DNA from: Patescibacteria group bacterium
Lineage (GTDB): Bacteria > Patescibacteriota > Patescibacteriia > Buchananbacterales > SURF-54
DNA length: 64,000 bases
Reading direction: 5' to 3'
NCBI GenBank assembly: GCA_018818885.1
Contig: JAHIRB010000007.1
Span: 121,089 to 185,088, forward strand
A model generated the notes under the pieces. It was not told where the DNA came from. It made no database searches and was given only the letters and a program-made list of their open reading frames with translations. Positions 32,401-39,696 of this stretch are shown one piece after another (within the stretch, counting starts at the first letter, position 1; each line of letters opens with the position of its first letter). Both the position numbers and the translations under genes were made by a program.

Positions 32401-33166
32401 TAGATGCGAAAGCACCGTCTTGTGCAACAGCACCGGTTCTTTCTATTACCATTGAATCAATGGTGATATCGCCATCGCTGGAAGCAGTACAATCAACATA
32501 AGTGAATGGGAATCTAGCTGCACCTGCTAAGGCAAGGCCACTAGCTGGTGTGTCTGCAGCTAAAGAACATGTTAATGATGTTCCAGAGCCTGACATAGAT
32601 AAATTCTTATCATCATTTATGCTGGTAGCGGCTGCTTTTACAGCATCGACGTCAAAGGCTGAAGCAGCTCCAATATTATCACCTGTGCCATAGTTTCCAA
32701 CATTAGAAACTACTACAGGTATGATCATACTTTCCCAATTAGCACCATATAGTGCTTCTGCTATTTCGGCAGAACCAATTTTACGTAGATTTCCACCGGC
32801 ATCAACAGCGTAAACTGCTGAACTAAATACTACCCATGGTACGTCGTTTGTTACTGTTTGAACCAATTTAACACCTGGTTTTGCAGTAACGTTTCCACCG
32901 ATTGGATAACTGTCAATTTCAGCATCACTCAAGGTCATGACTGAATCAAAGTTATCATACCAAGTAAAAAATTCTCGGTCAGCTGGGAAAGTGTACAATT
33001 TACCATCAGCGCCTAAGTAGAATACAGCAGATAAACCTGCTTTCTTAACCACATCGCCTGATTCTGCAGCAACTACGCTGAGAGGCATTGCGAATAGGCC
33101 AATTGACCATATAATTGTGGTCAATACAACGCTAACAGTAAAGGCTTTCTTAATAAATTTCGACAT
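29462..33166 (-). CDS. Large secreted S-layer-like / cell-surface protein
   Basis: Signal peptide; N-terminal SAVFYLGADGKLYTFP...FFTWY repeat domain; Thr/Ser/Ala/Gly/Val-rich beta-type body; strong terminator. Confidence 0.7.
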   Translation of the reverse strand: MSKFIKKAFTVSVVLTTIIWSIGLFAMPLSVVAAESGDVVKKAGLSAVFYLGADGKLYTFPADREFFTWYDNFDSVMTLSDAEIDSYPIGGNVTAKPGVKLVQTVTNDVPWVVFSSAVYAVDAGGNLRKIGSAEIAEALYGANWESMIIPVVVSNVGNYGTGDNIGAASAFDVDAVKAAATSINDDKNLSMSGSGTSLTCSLAADTPASGLALAGAARFPFTYVDCTASSDGDITIDSMVIERTGAVAQDGAFASIAVIDRTTNQQIGLNKSLNATHQSTLNDDVTVTAGSTKRLALTGNMTTLALMASYAGEVPSLTLASMTLKAGASLIGTLPITGNYQNLNATVTIAAGTLGTGPSNPSTDSAPEIGKENVNFTEVKITNSSSSSTNPSGLKVKQIKWTQNGSAGDSDVENIDLVDQNGAVLQTSAMDNKEVFHSFAEGSEPTITSGQNRSYMARGDAAGGTTRTIDLHIKNFTDILVWDADHSVYVTLTAGSGANAASPVINGTAHTIGQGTLKVAPSATGTINIGEGSTQETLGSFKLTAKGEPIEITAIGWIVKLTQATAGSGSSTTDITNLTIYDPDGNVVAGPQDLGTTETVESTTVYHASATTTDTITVPVGENIYTVKGDVNTDIDLNDTIQVQVVPAQITATGEVSGDSVTATPATVQSSVINTVKAGTLTVSITPDPIVQTIVAGTLGHTFVNIVLDASASSEDIRVSQIGVRVDSTTGFTNLLSNIELYNGDDLLEITSDATSGLAGNANPATSTHTLSETLVVTKGTQVTLTGKANVDSSAAADDIFQMGIADGAVSATGASTGNTVTPTYIQSHGTAQTIVAVGTLELVKAAANPKSGLLPRNTDGITVGVMTADAMYEDINIESIYVTAAAVNSGGWDQIDSLYLYDGSTLVKQRTPSATDGTNVTQLLEMTSNPLVVPHSVSTDYTFKVDTSNVDAKNGSKGSSGQGFQLKINAVGDVNAKGAESGTDVTLGQVPTFNSYYVYKSVPTITPEDEQTTGIAGSMPSGQAVTDLYKLTVRADSAGDIALYKLSFLFATSVSTVSSPYLYDGTETVAATTTWDLYPNSGASDLSGQGIASFLFTDDGTAPDSNRDDVVPYRVAAGTETTFTLRATVDCSSSNDDNKSCSAGDGSISVSLLGDGAAADVIPNSAAMLQLDDATAGLEASTGEADFIWGDLTVTQNLSSTTASRTLQWTNGYLLPKKNGGKLQATSSAAITS

Positions 33167-33374
33167 TTATTTTTGTTCCTTTCTATAACTCACCTAAGGT
33201 TTTTGGATTAGTTAGTTATTAATTGTTCATTAAGTAACTAAGTCCAAATCGTGGACAATCCAAGTTAATAATTCCTAATAGCGATTAGATCCCATATAAA
33301 TGGTTCGACCTTTTAACTAAAGCTTGTTAGGTAACTTAAACTCTAATTTACCCAAAAAGTTTTTTAGACGAGTG

Positions 33375-33453
33375 TTAATTAGCTTACGAATTACGAATCC
33401 GTTACAAATATTACAGTAATGATTCATAATATTCGTAATTAATTCGTAATTAA
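33375..33453. repeat. Inverted array of TTACGAA-type heptamers (same family as 16151-16234)
   Basis: TTACGAATTACGAAT (33384-33398) versus ATTCGTAATTAATTCGTAATTAA (33431-33453). Confidence 0.65.
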
Positions 33454-33630
33454 TGTTTTGTAAATTAAAAAGCAATCACTCTTAATTCAAGAATTTCTAC
33501 AATAATTCGTTTAGTTGATAGACTCGTTTTGAGCTAAAATGCAAATTTTAGCTTTGTTTTTATTTTAAACAACACTGATTTTGTGGTCAACCCTCATCTT
33601 CCACAAAAGATAGGGCCAATGTGGATAAAA

Positions 33631-34779
33631 CTATTCAATAATATCCTCTGTTGTTTCTAGTAATGTTTCTTGCGTTGCATTAATTGTGCTGGTATTTGAT
33701 TGAATAGAAACTTGTTCAACTTTGTTTTCTACATTAAAATCTGAAACTTCCTCACTTTCTTCTGTGTTAGTATCATCATTTTCTTCTAAGTTTACATCTT
33801 CTTGATTTGATGTAGCTTCTTCTTCATCAATTGCTTGGTTTTGTTCTGTTATCAATTGCTCAACTAAAGTCTGGCCTTGAGCAATTTGCACTGCTGTTAA
33901 ATCAAATTCTCCATTGGCTAGTGAATTTTTAGCATCATCTAGTGCTTTTTGAGCTGCTTCTAGAATCTCGCCATCCTCTAATTCTTTTATTTTTTGTTCT
34001 AAATTATTAATTTTACTTTGTATTAATTCAATTACTTCTTCTTCCTCTTGAGTTTCACCCTGTGAATAATTATTTAAAGCAATCCTAAAAGCTGATTCTG
34101 ATGTATTTTCTGCTGTATTTACTGCATCATCCATGGCTTTTTCTACCTCTTTTTTAACATTATCGGGTAATTTATCCTTATTTTTATTTAATGTTTTAGC
34201 AAATTCTGTTGCTTGAGAATCTATTGCTCTAGCTAAAGAAAATACTGATTTCTTTTGTTGGTCTAGATTATTAATATGATCGTTTAAAGATTCTACGTCT
34301 GATTTGAATCTTTTTGTAATTTCTGAAATTGTATCTTTTTGTAAGTCTTCTGGTCTTAAAATTGCCATTTTATCTAGTTCGTCTACTCTGTTTTTAGCAA
34401 ATTCCATTCTTAGTTCTGCTTTTTTCTCGTTATCTCTTATAATTGAAACCTGGGTTTTTTCCATAGCAATTTTAAGGTCGTAAAGATTATCTCCAGGCAA
34501 ACTATAAAAGGCAGCATTAACTACTAAACTGGATCCTACAAATAAACCTAAAACCAACAATATTGCTACTGTTGGTTGAAAAACATGAAATTTAGCAGCT
34601 TGAGCAGTTGCAGAAAAGAACCCAAAAAATGAGGTTGCTGGCTGGTATGCACGCTGATCTTGAGAAATCTCAGATATTAAAATATCCCGGAAAGAATCCT
34701 TCCACTCCTTGCGGGGCTGTATTTGGTTCAATAATTTAATTTTATTGACCATTTTTTGATTGTGAGTTTTTTGACTCAT
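33631..34779 (-). CDS. Membrane-anchored DUF5667-like protein, probable anti-sigma factor
   Basis: TM helix then SLPGDNLYDLKIAME...EFAKNRVDE; acidic tail; overlaps the 3' end of the ECF sigma gene. Confidence 0.65.
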   Translation of the reverse strand: MSQKTHNQKMVNKIKLLNQIQPRKEWKDSFRDILISEISQDQRAYQPATSFFGFFSATAQAAKFHVFQPTVAILLVLGLFVGSSLVVNAAFYSLPGDNLYDLKIAMEKTQVSIIRDNEKKAELRMEFAKNRVDELDKMAILRPEDLQKDTISEITKRFKSDVESLNDHINNLDQQKKSVFSLARAIDSQATEFAKTLNKNKDKLPDNVKKEVEKAMDDAVNTAENTSESAFRIALNNYSQGETQEEEEVIELIQSKINNLEQKIKELEDGEILEAAQKALDDAKNSLANGEFDLTAVQIAQGQTLVEQLITEQNQAIDEEEATSNQEDVNLEENDDTNTEESEEVSDFNVENKVEQVSIQSNTSTINATQETLLETTEDIIE

Positions 34780-35371
34780 CGATAGTATCTTTTAGTACTT
34801 TTAGTGCTCTGTGAATTAGAACTCTGGTAGCACCATTAGATTTATCTAGTATTTTAGATATTTCTTTATTTGATAGTTCATCAACGAATTTCAGAATTAA
34901 TACTTCGCGAAATTCATCTTTTAATTTACGTAAATGTGCTTCAATGTTTTCAATTTCACTACTAATTGCCACTTTTTCTAGAAAACTTTGCTGTCTTGAA
35001 TCTTCTACTAATTTTAATGATTCTGTATCTGCTAAAATCTCTCTTTGACTGGTTCTGTAGTAATCTATCACTATATTTCGTGCTGATTGGTATAATAAGG
35101 CGTTGAGATTGGAAACTTCGCGTTTATCTGGCTCGTTCATGTATTGCCAGGTTTTCAAGAATACTTCTGCACATAGATCCTCAGCTGTTTCGTGGTTAGA
35201 AACCTTAAAAAAAATAAAGCGATATATTTTATCTACGTACAAATCGTAAATTTCCCCAAAGGCTTCGGAATCGCCGTTTTGAGCCCTTACAAGAAGTAAC
35301 TTTTGCTTAAATATAGATGCATTCATTGTATTAGACGAAGTATCGTTAATTTTGTTACAGAATAGGTTCAA
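34742..35371 (-). CDS. ECF RNA polymerase sigma factor
   Basis: GDSEAFGEIYDLY, AEDLCAEVFLKTW, ARNIVIDYYR, region 4 EISKILDKSNGATRVLIHRALK; true start may be the ATG at 35326. Confidence 0.92.
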   Translation of the reverse strand: MNLFCNKINDTSSNTMNASIFKQKLLLVRAQNGDSEAFGEIYDLYVDKIYRFIFFKVSNHETAEDLCAEVFLKTWQYMNEPDKREVSNLNALLYQSARNIVIDYYRTSQREILADTESLKLVEDSRQQSFLEKVAISSEIENIEAHLRKLKDEFREVLILKFVDELSNKEISKILDKSNGATRVLIHRALKVLKDTIDESKNSQSKNGQ

Positions 35372-35458
35372 CTATAACAACTTTTTTAATTATTGTCAAT
35401 TTAATGGATAGTTTTGGATATTTTGAGTGTGATATTTCTTTTTTGAAGTTTCCCACTA

Positions 35459-35487
35459 TTGATTGCTGTATTTTATTGAGTTATAAT
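35459..35487 (+). promoter_or_regulatory. Sigma70-type promoter of the HTH gene
   Basis: TTGATT 35459-35464, 17-nt spacer, TATAAT 35482-35487. Confidence 0.55.
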
Positions 35488-35546
35488 GAAGTTAGAACTT
35501 TTGTCTACGCTAGAGTGGACAAAAGTGAATATTTCGATAATTAACT

Positions 35547-35613
35547 GCGATACAGCGATAAGAGCGATAGAGTTATTATTCTATATTGCTTTATAACTAT
35601 ATCGCTTTATCGC
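35547..35613. repeat. Inverted array of GCGATA-containing 8-9-mers
   Basis: GCGATACA-GCGATAAGA-GCGATAGAGTTAT versus ATAACTATATCGC-TTTATCGC; a 22-nt arm matches 43938-43959 with one mismatch. Confidence 0.65.
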
Positions 35614-35623
35614 CTCACTGACT

Positions 35624-35899
35624 ATGCCTAATAACAAAACAATTAGACTTTCTGTTACTGAAGCGGCTAGAATATTTGGTGTTGACCAAAAGACTATCAG
35701 AAGAGCAATAAAAAACCAAGATTTGCGCTATATTGTTGTTATGGGTAGATATAAGATTAATTTTGAAAGCTTACTAAAATGGTCACAGAAAAAACCTCAA
35801 ACAAAAAATAAGCTTGAAAATGATGGAATTGGTAAATATGTGGATAAATGGAAGATTAGAAGTACTCATTATAGCCCTAATCCTCCCAAAAAAGACTAA
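35624..35899 (+). CDS. Excisionase-like (HTH_17/MerR-type) helix-turn-helix protein
   Basis: LSVTEAARIFGVDQKTIRRAIK...GRYKI. Confidence 0.8.
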   Translation: MPNNKTIRLSVTEAARIFGVDQKTIRRAIKNQDLRYIVVMGRYKINFESLLKWSQKKPQTKNKLENDGIGKYVDKWKIRSTHYSPNPPKKD

Positions 35900-36027
35900 T
35901 CGCCGAAGGCTCTCCTCGCTCGACGCCAGCCTCGACGTCTAGCCGGGAAAGTTAAAGCGGGCGTCATCGCCGAGGCAGGCTAAATAACTAAATAAACTAA
36001 AATGACATCTTGTATGTTGTTTTTTGT

Positions 36028-36056
36028 TTGACTAAATGAATGTGAAGTTTTAAACT
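36028..36056 (+). promoter_or_regulatory. Promoter of the RT-associated ncRNA
   Basis: TTGACT 36028-36033, 17-nt spacer, TAAACT 36051-36056; predicted start ~36063, next to the 5' arm of the closing stem. Confidence 0.6.
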
Positions 36057-36062
36057 AATAAT

Positions 36063-36261
36063 AAGCTGCTTTTATTGTCTTGCTTGATCTGCTTGTCTTA
36101 CAGGCAAGACCGGTCATCTGTGAACGGATGGCTGAATAAACGTAGGCGCTTGAGATGGCCTCGTATGTTTCCAGTTGATTGAAACCACTTAGTAAGCGCG
36201 TTAAACAACGAACGCACTCACAGAGCAGCCCGGGGGGAAACACATTCCCCCCATTTTTTTT
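36063..36261 (+). ncRNA. Candidate retron msr-msd ncRNA
   Basis: Closing stem GCTGCTTT (36065-36072) / AGAGCAGC (36222-36229); hairpins 36077-36110 and 36111-36134 (10 bp each, with G.U pairs); longer irregular stem GCGCTT/AAGCGC (36146-36199); directly upstream of a retron-type RT. Confidence 0.65.
36232..36261 (+). terminator. Intrinsic terminator between the ncRNA and the RT gene
   Basis: GGGGGGAA-ACACA-TTCCCCCC followed by A and eight T. Confidence 0.75.
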
Positions 36262-36284
36262 GACCTTTAACAAGGAGGCAATCA

Positions 36285-37316
36285 ATGCAGAAAAGCCGAA
36301 AGGATGCAGTGGAAATTCTAGCAAATCTTATGAGATTGCAATCAGATTTTATTTTTGATGCATTGAAAAATAGAAACTATCAACAAATTTTGATTCCTAA
36401 AAGATCTGGCGATGTAAGAAAATTGCACGCACCCGGTGAAGAGTTAAAACTTGTACAGGAAGTAATCCTACAATTTCTTTACCGATGGAAAGTCGATGCA
36501 CGTCAGTTTGGTTTCGTGTTAGGCGGTTCACCAATCAGGAATGCAAAATATCACATTAGAAATGAATTTTACGTTCCGCACTGGGTTCTAAAGCTTGATT
36601 TGGAAAACGCGTTTCCATCAGTTACTTCAACTGTTCTTAGGAAGGAGTACACCCGAGTATTTAACCCAGAAACATTCAAGGAGCTATCAGGAATAGACGA
36701 AAAACAATTTACTGCATTCATCCAACTGATGCTTGATTTAACAACTTACCGAGAGCGACTACCTCAAGGGTCGCCTTGTTCTCCCTACTTGTTGAATTTG
36801 GTATTAGTCTGGACAGGTGTAACAAAAGGTGTTTTGGAGTATTGTGAAAAAAAAGGACTACGTGCTTCCTTGTATGGTGATGATTTCACTATATCTGCCA
36901 AAACAAGTAACATGTGGTTTTCTAAGACATTCTTTAGAAAAATCAATTCAGCGGTTTCACGTAGTGGGTGTCTCAGACTAAATCACGACAAGACTCATCT
37001 AATATGCAGCAGAAACTCCGCGCCAATAATTACTGGCGTAAAAATTACCGAAAGCCACGACAATGGAGCAAAATTAACTCTCACCCAGAGCACACTAAAT
37101 CATTGGAGAGGAGTGATTCATCGAGTTACAGAAATTCTCTACTGGAATAATCGCCTACCAAGGCTGGAACAAGACGGCGTAACATTCAACCAAGCACTCG
37201 GTTATGTCAATTGGATTGAAGATGTCTATAGAGAAAGTGAGGTTCCGCTATCGGTTAGAAAACCAATTAAAAGTTTTAAAGTGCAATCATCAAGATTCGA
37301 TCGTAGGAGAGGTTAG
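36285..37316 (+). CDS. Retron-type reverse transcriptase
   Basis: IPKRSGDVRKLHAP, NAKYH (retron NAxxH), LDLENAFPSV, LPQGSPCSPYLLNL, YGDD, ITG (retron VTG-like); SD AAGGAGG at 36272-36278. Confidence 0.9.
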   Translation: MQKSRKDAVEILANLMRLQSDFIFDALKNRNYQQILIPKRSGDVRKLHAPGEELKLVQEVILQFLYRWKVDARQFGFVLGGSPIRNAKYHIRNEFYVPHWVLKLDLENAFPSVTSTVLRKEYTRVFNPETFKELSGIDEKQFTAFIQLMLDLTTYRERLPQGSPCSPYLLNLVLVWTGVTKGVLEYCEKKGLRASLYGDDFTISAKTSNMWFSKTFFRKINSAVSRSGCLRLNHDKTHLICSRNSAPIITGVKITESHDNGAKLTLTQSTLNHWRGVIHRVTEILYWNNRLPRLEQDGVTFNQALGYVNWIEDVYRESEVPLSVRKPIKSFKVQSSRFDRRRG

Positions 37317-37350
37317 GATAAAAAAATCCAAAGCCTCTCCTTTTTCATAT

Positions 37351-37395
37351 AAAAAACAGGGGCGGAAAATCCGTTTGGACTCCGTCCCTTTTTTT
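37351..37395. terminator. Bidirectional terminator downstream of the RT
   Basis: A-run, AGGGGCGGA / TCCGTCCCT stem, T-run. Confidence 0.65.
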
Positions 37396-37398
37396 ATA

Positions 37399-37950
37399 CT
37401 ACGCTGCCAACAACTTGACTGAGGGCATTTCACTTATCACGCTGAGTGTTTTTTGCACCTCCTCAGACTCAAGGGGTACTTCTACCCCAAAGCGTAATAT
37501 GTGTCTTCTTTTTCTCTGTGAATGAACGATTACTAAATTGACTTCTTGATCTTTGAATATATTGGCGATATCAGCCAATATTCCCGGCTTGTCTTCCACA
37601 ATCTCTACTGCGATTGAACACTCGGCTGAAAGATCGACCATGAGCTCGTTGAGGTTTTCGCAAAGCTCGAAGGCTTCAACAACCTGTTTGTGCCCCAGGT
37701 ATTCAACTCCGAAATTGAAGTACTCAATAAACTCGCTTTGATCCCCTGTTTTGATCATTCGCTCGATGATCTCTTTAAATCGCTGAGCTTCCTCTATGAG
37801 AATTTCGAGCATTTTGATACTGCCAGGATTTGCTGTTTGGATATCTGCGTAGAGCAAAGCGTCCTGGGCGGAAATCCTCCCGGTTGCAACATTCATTAGC
37901 CGATATATTGGATTTGAAAGCTTGTCGGCCAAACCAGGATCCCAACCATA
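37399..37950 (-). pseudogene. tyrA: 5'-truncated prephenate dehydrogenase (C-terminal dimerisation region + ACT domain)
   Basis: SNPIYRLM...GRISAQDALLYADIQTANP resembles the TyrA C-terminal region; EDKPGILADI is an ACT motif. In-frame TAG at 37951-37953; no Rossmann domain upstream. Confidence 0.6.
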
Positions 37951-38182
37951 CTATCAGAATTATGGAAAAGCATATTATTGAAAATATGCCTACAAGTGAT
38001 GGTAGGTTGCTTGCCATACCAATGGATAGAAACAATATCCAAAGAAACACACACATGGCTGTTATGGCCGTTGCACCGAACCAGTAACTGTTCCAGTTAT
38101 CATCCAGCCTGTCTGAGGTATACCTGGAAAGTGGAATTTCTTCTTGCGCTGATTTCTTCGAATTACTTTTTTGCTTTCTCAT
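37775..38182 (-). CDS. Small two-TM membrane protein whose tail reads out of frame into the tyrA fragment
   Basis: AAGGAG upstream of the ATG at 38182; two hydrophobic segments; the last ~55 codons overlap the tyrA fragment. Confidence 0.5.
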   Translation of the reverse strand: MRKQKSNSKKSAQEEIPLSRYTSDRLDDNWNSYWFGATAITAMCVFLWILFLSIGMASNLPSLVGIFSIICFSIILIVWLGSWFGRQAFKSNISANECCNREDFRPGRFALRRYPNSKSWQYQNARNSHRGSSAI

Positions 38183-38239
38183 CTCTATTGCTCCTTGTTT
38201 TTGAATTAGCGTTAAATCAATTACAGCTTTCAATAACCA

Positions 38240-38713
38240 CTATTCCAGACCCAAAATAAAGCTGATGATCTTTCCTATTACAGCAAGTATTGGCCAGAGT
38301 ATGTGTATCCAAATCCACGGAACAATTACAAATATTAACCATGCAAGCAAGGCAAGGAATATATAGCCAAAAATAAAGATTGGCCAAAATATTACAGACA
38401 ATGCTTTTCCCGCTTTATATTCCCAATCTTTTATATCTTCTTTTTCATATCTTACGATATTACTGTCTTTTTCATTTAGTAGAAATGCTAAGTCGTCTGG
38501 GAAAGGAGAAATTTTATCTAATATATTTAAACAAAATATATGTGGCTTCAGGATAAGCCAATCGTTTACGTCACCCATGGTTAATAATCTTCCAATCGCA
38601 ATGTAAATTATAATTGCGAGAAGTAAATTACATTTTGTGATCAGAGGTTTTAGTTTTAACATTTCAATTTTGATTTTCATATCCATTTCCTTTTTAATGA
38701 CGCGCTGACACAA
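38240..38713 (-). CDS. Hypothetical membrane protein
   Basis: Hydrophobic N- and C-terminal segments; start uncertain. Confidence 0.55.
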   Translation of the reverse strand: MCQRVIKKEMDMKIKIEMLKLKPLITKCNLLLAIIIYIAIGRLLTMGDVNDWLILKPHIFCLNILDKISPFPDDLAFLLNEKDSNIVRYEKEDIKDWEYKAGKALSVIFWPIFIFGYIFLALLAWLIFVIVPWIWIHILWPILAVIGKIISFILGLE

Positions 38714-38760
38714 GACCTAGTTTTAACGAACAATTGTCAAAAAATTATTCTTGACTTAGT

Positions 38761-38898
38761 ATTATACTATACGTTACAAAACTTGTCAATGATTTTGACA
38801 TAATAATTCAGTAATTATGCTTAAATTAGAGCAAAATAATTACATACTAAAAAAATGTTGTCAAAATACTTGACAAAATTTCTCAGATGATATATAAT
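38761..38898. promoter_or_regulatory. Divergent consensus sigma70 promoters, each overlapped by a TGTCAA-N5-TTGACA palindrome
   Basis: Minus strand: TTGACA (38789-38784), 17 nt, TATAAT (38766-38761). Plus strand: TTGACA (38870-38875), 17 nt, TATAAT (38893-38898). Palindromes at 38784-38800 and 38858-38876. Confidence 0.7.
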
Positions 38899-38906
38899 AA
38901 ATATGT

Positions 38907-39638
38907 ATGGATATAGAAACAACACTACAACAATTTGGCCTTGATAATAAGGGGGTAAAGGTCTATTTAGCCCTATTGCAACTAGGCAAAGCCTCTGTTT
39001 TAAATATCGCAGCAAAAGCTGGAATAAAACGTCCTACTGCATATTTGATTTTAGATAATTTGATAGAAAAAGGCTTAGCTTCTAAAATACCTAGAAAAGG
39101 AAAAACCACCTTTTATGCGGAAGACCCAAAAAAATTAGTACAAATTTTAGAAAAAAGACAAAAACAAGTCGAAAAAATAATCCCCGACTTATTATCTATC
39201 TATAATATAAAAGCTGATAAACCAAAGGTTTTACTTTATGAAGGTAAGGAAGGTGTTGAACAAGTATATACAACAATAATGAACTCAAAAGAAATTTGGT
39301 GGTTTGGTAGCTTGTTAACTGTTTACGAAAATTTTAAAAATATGTTTGACTTATTTGAAGAAAGAATTAACAGTAATAAAATTAAAATGGCCAAGGATTT
39401 TATTGGTAATAGCCAATGGGAAATAAACTATGCAAAAAATAACCAGAGAGCTAATCACGAAATACGTATTAGTCCTCTACCAGTTGAGATCGATTTTTCT
39501 TTATTTGAAGATAAAGTAGCAATATTATCTCACCAAGATAATTTATATGCTGTTGTGATACAAGATAAAAAAATAGTTGAAAGTTTTAAAAGTTTATATG
39601 AATTAGCATGGTCAAGCGTTGAAAAGGTAAAAAAATAA
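38907..39638 (+). CDS. TrmB-family transcriptional regulator
   Basis: LQQFGL...KVYLALLQLG...IAAKAGIKRPTAYLILDNLIEKGL, KPKVLLYEGKEG, FKSLYELAW. Confidence 0.88.
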   Translation: MDIETTLQQFGLDNKGVKVYLALLQLGKASVLNIAAKAGIKRPTAYLILDNLIEKGLASKIPRKGKTTFYAEDPKKLVQILEKRQKQVEKIIPDLLSIYNIKADKPKVLLYEGKEGVEQVYTTIMNSKEIWWFGSLLTVYENFKNMFDLFEERINSNKIKMAKDFIGNSQWEINYAKNNQRANHEIRISPLPVEIDFSLFEDKVAILSHQDNLYAVVIQDKKIVESFKSLYELAWSSVEKVKK

Positions 39639-39644
39639 ATTAAC

Positions 39645-39686
39645 AAAACAAAAATACCTCTTAATTGTATGAGGTATTTTTGTTTT
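39645..39686. terminator. Bidirectional terminator
   Basis: AAAACAAAAATACCTC / GAGGTATTTTTGTTTT between convergent genes. Confidence 0.7.
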
Positions 39687-39696
39687 TATATAAATT

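Noticed and set aside
36261-36272. boxA-like sequence TGACCTTTAACA before the RT
   Set aside because: 10 of 12 match to the E. coli boxA, but it lies downstream of the terminator it would need to suppress and may be chance.
36055-36324. 89-aa minus-strand ORF
   Set aside because: Antisense shadow over the structured RNA and the RT start; no recognisable motif.
36063-37395. Group II intron
   Set aside because: No GTGCG 5' end or domain V seen, flanks too short, and no maturase/endonuclease extension on the RT.
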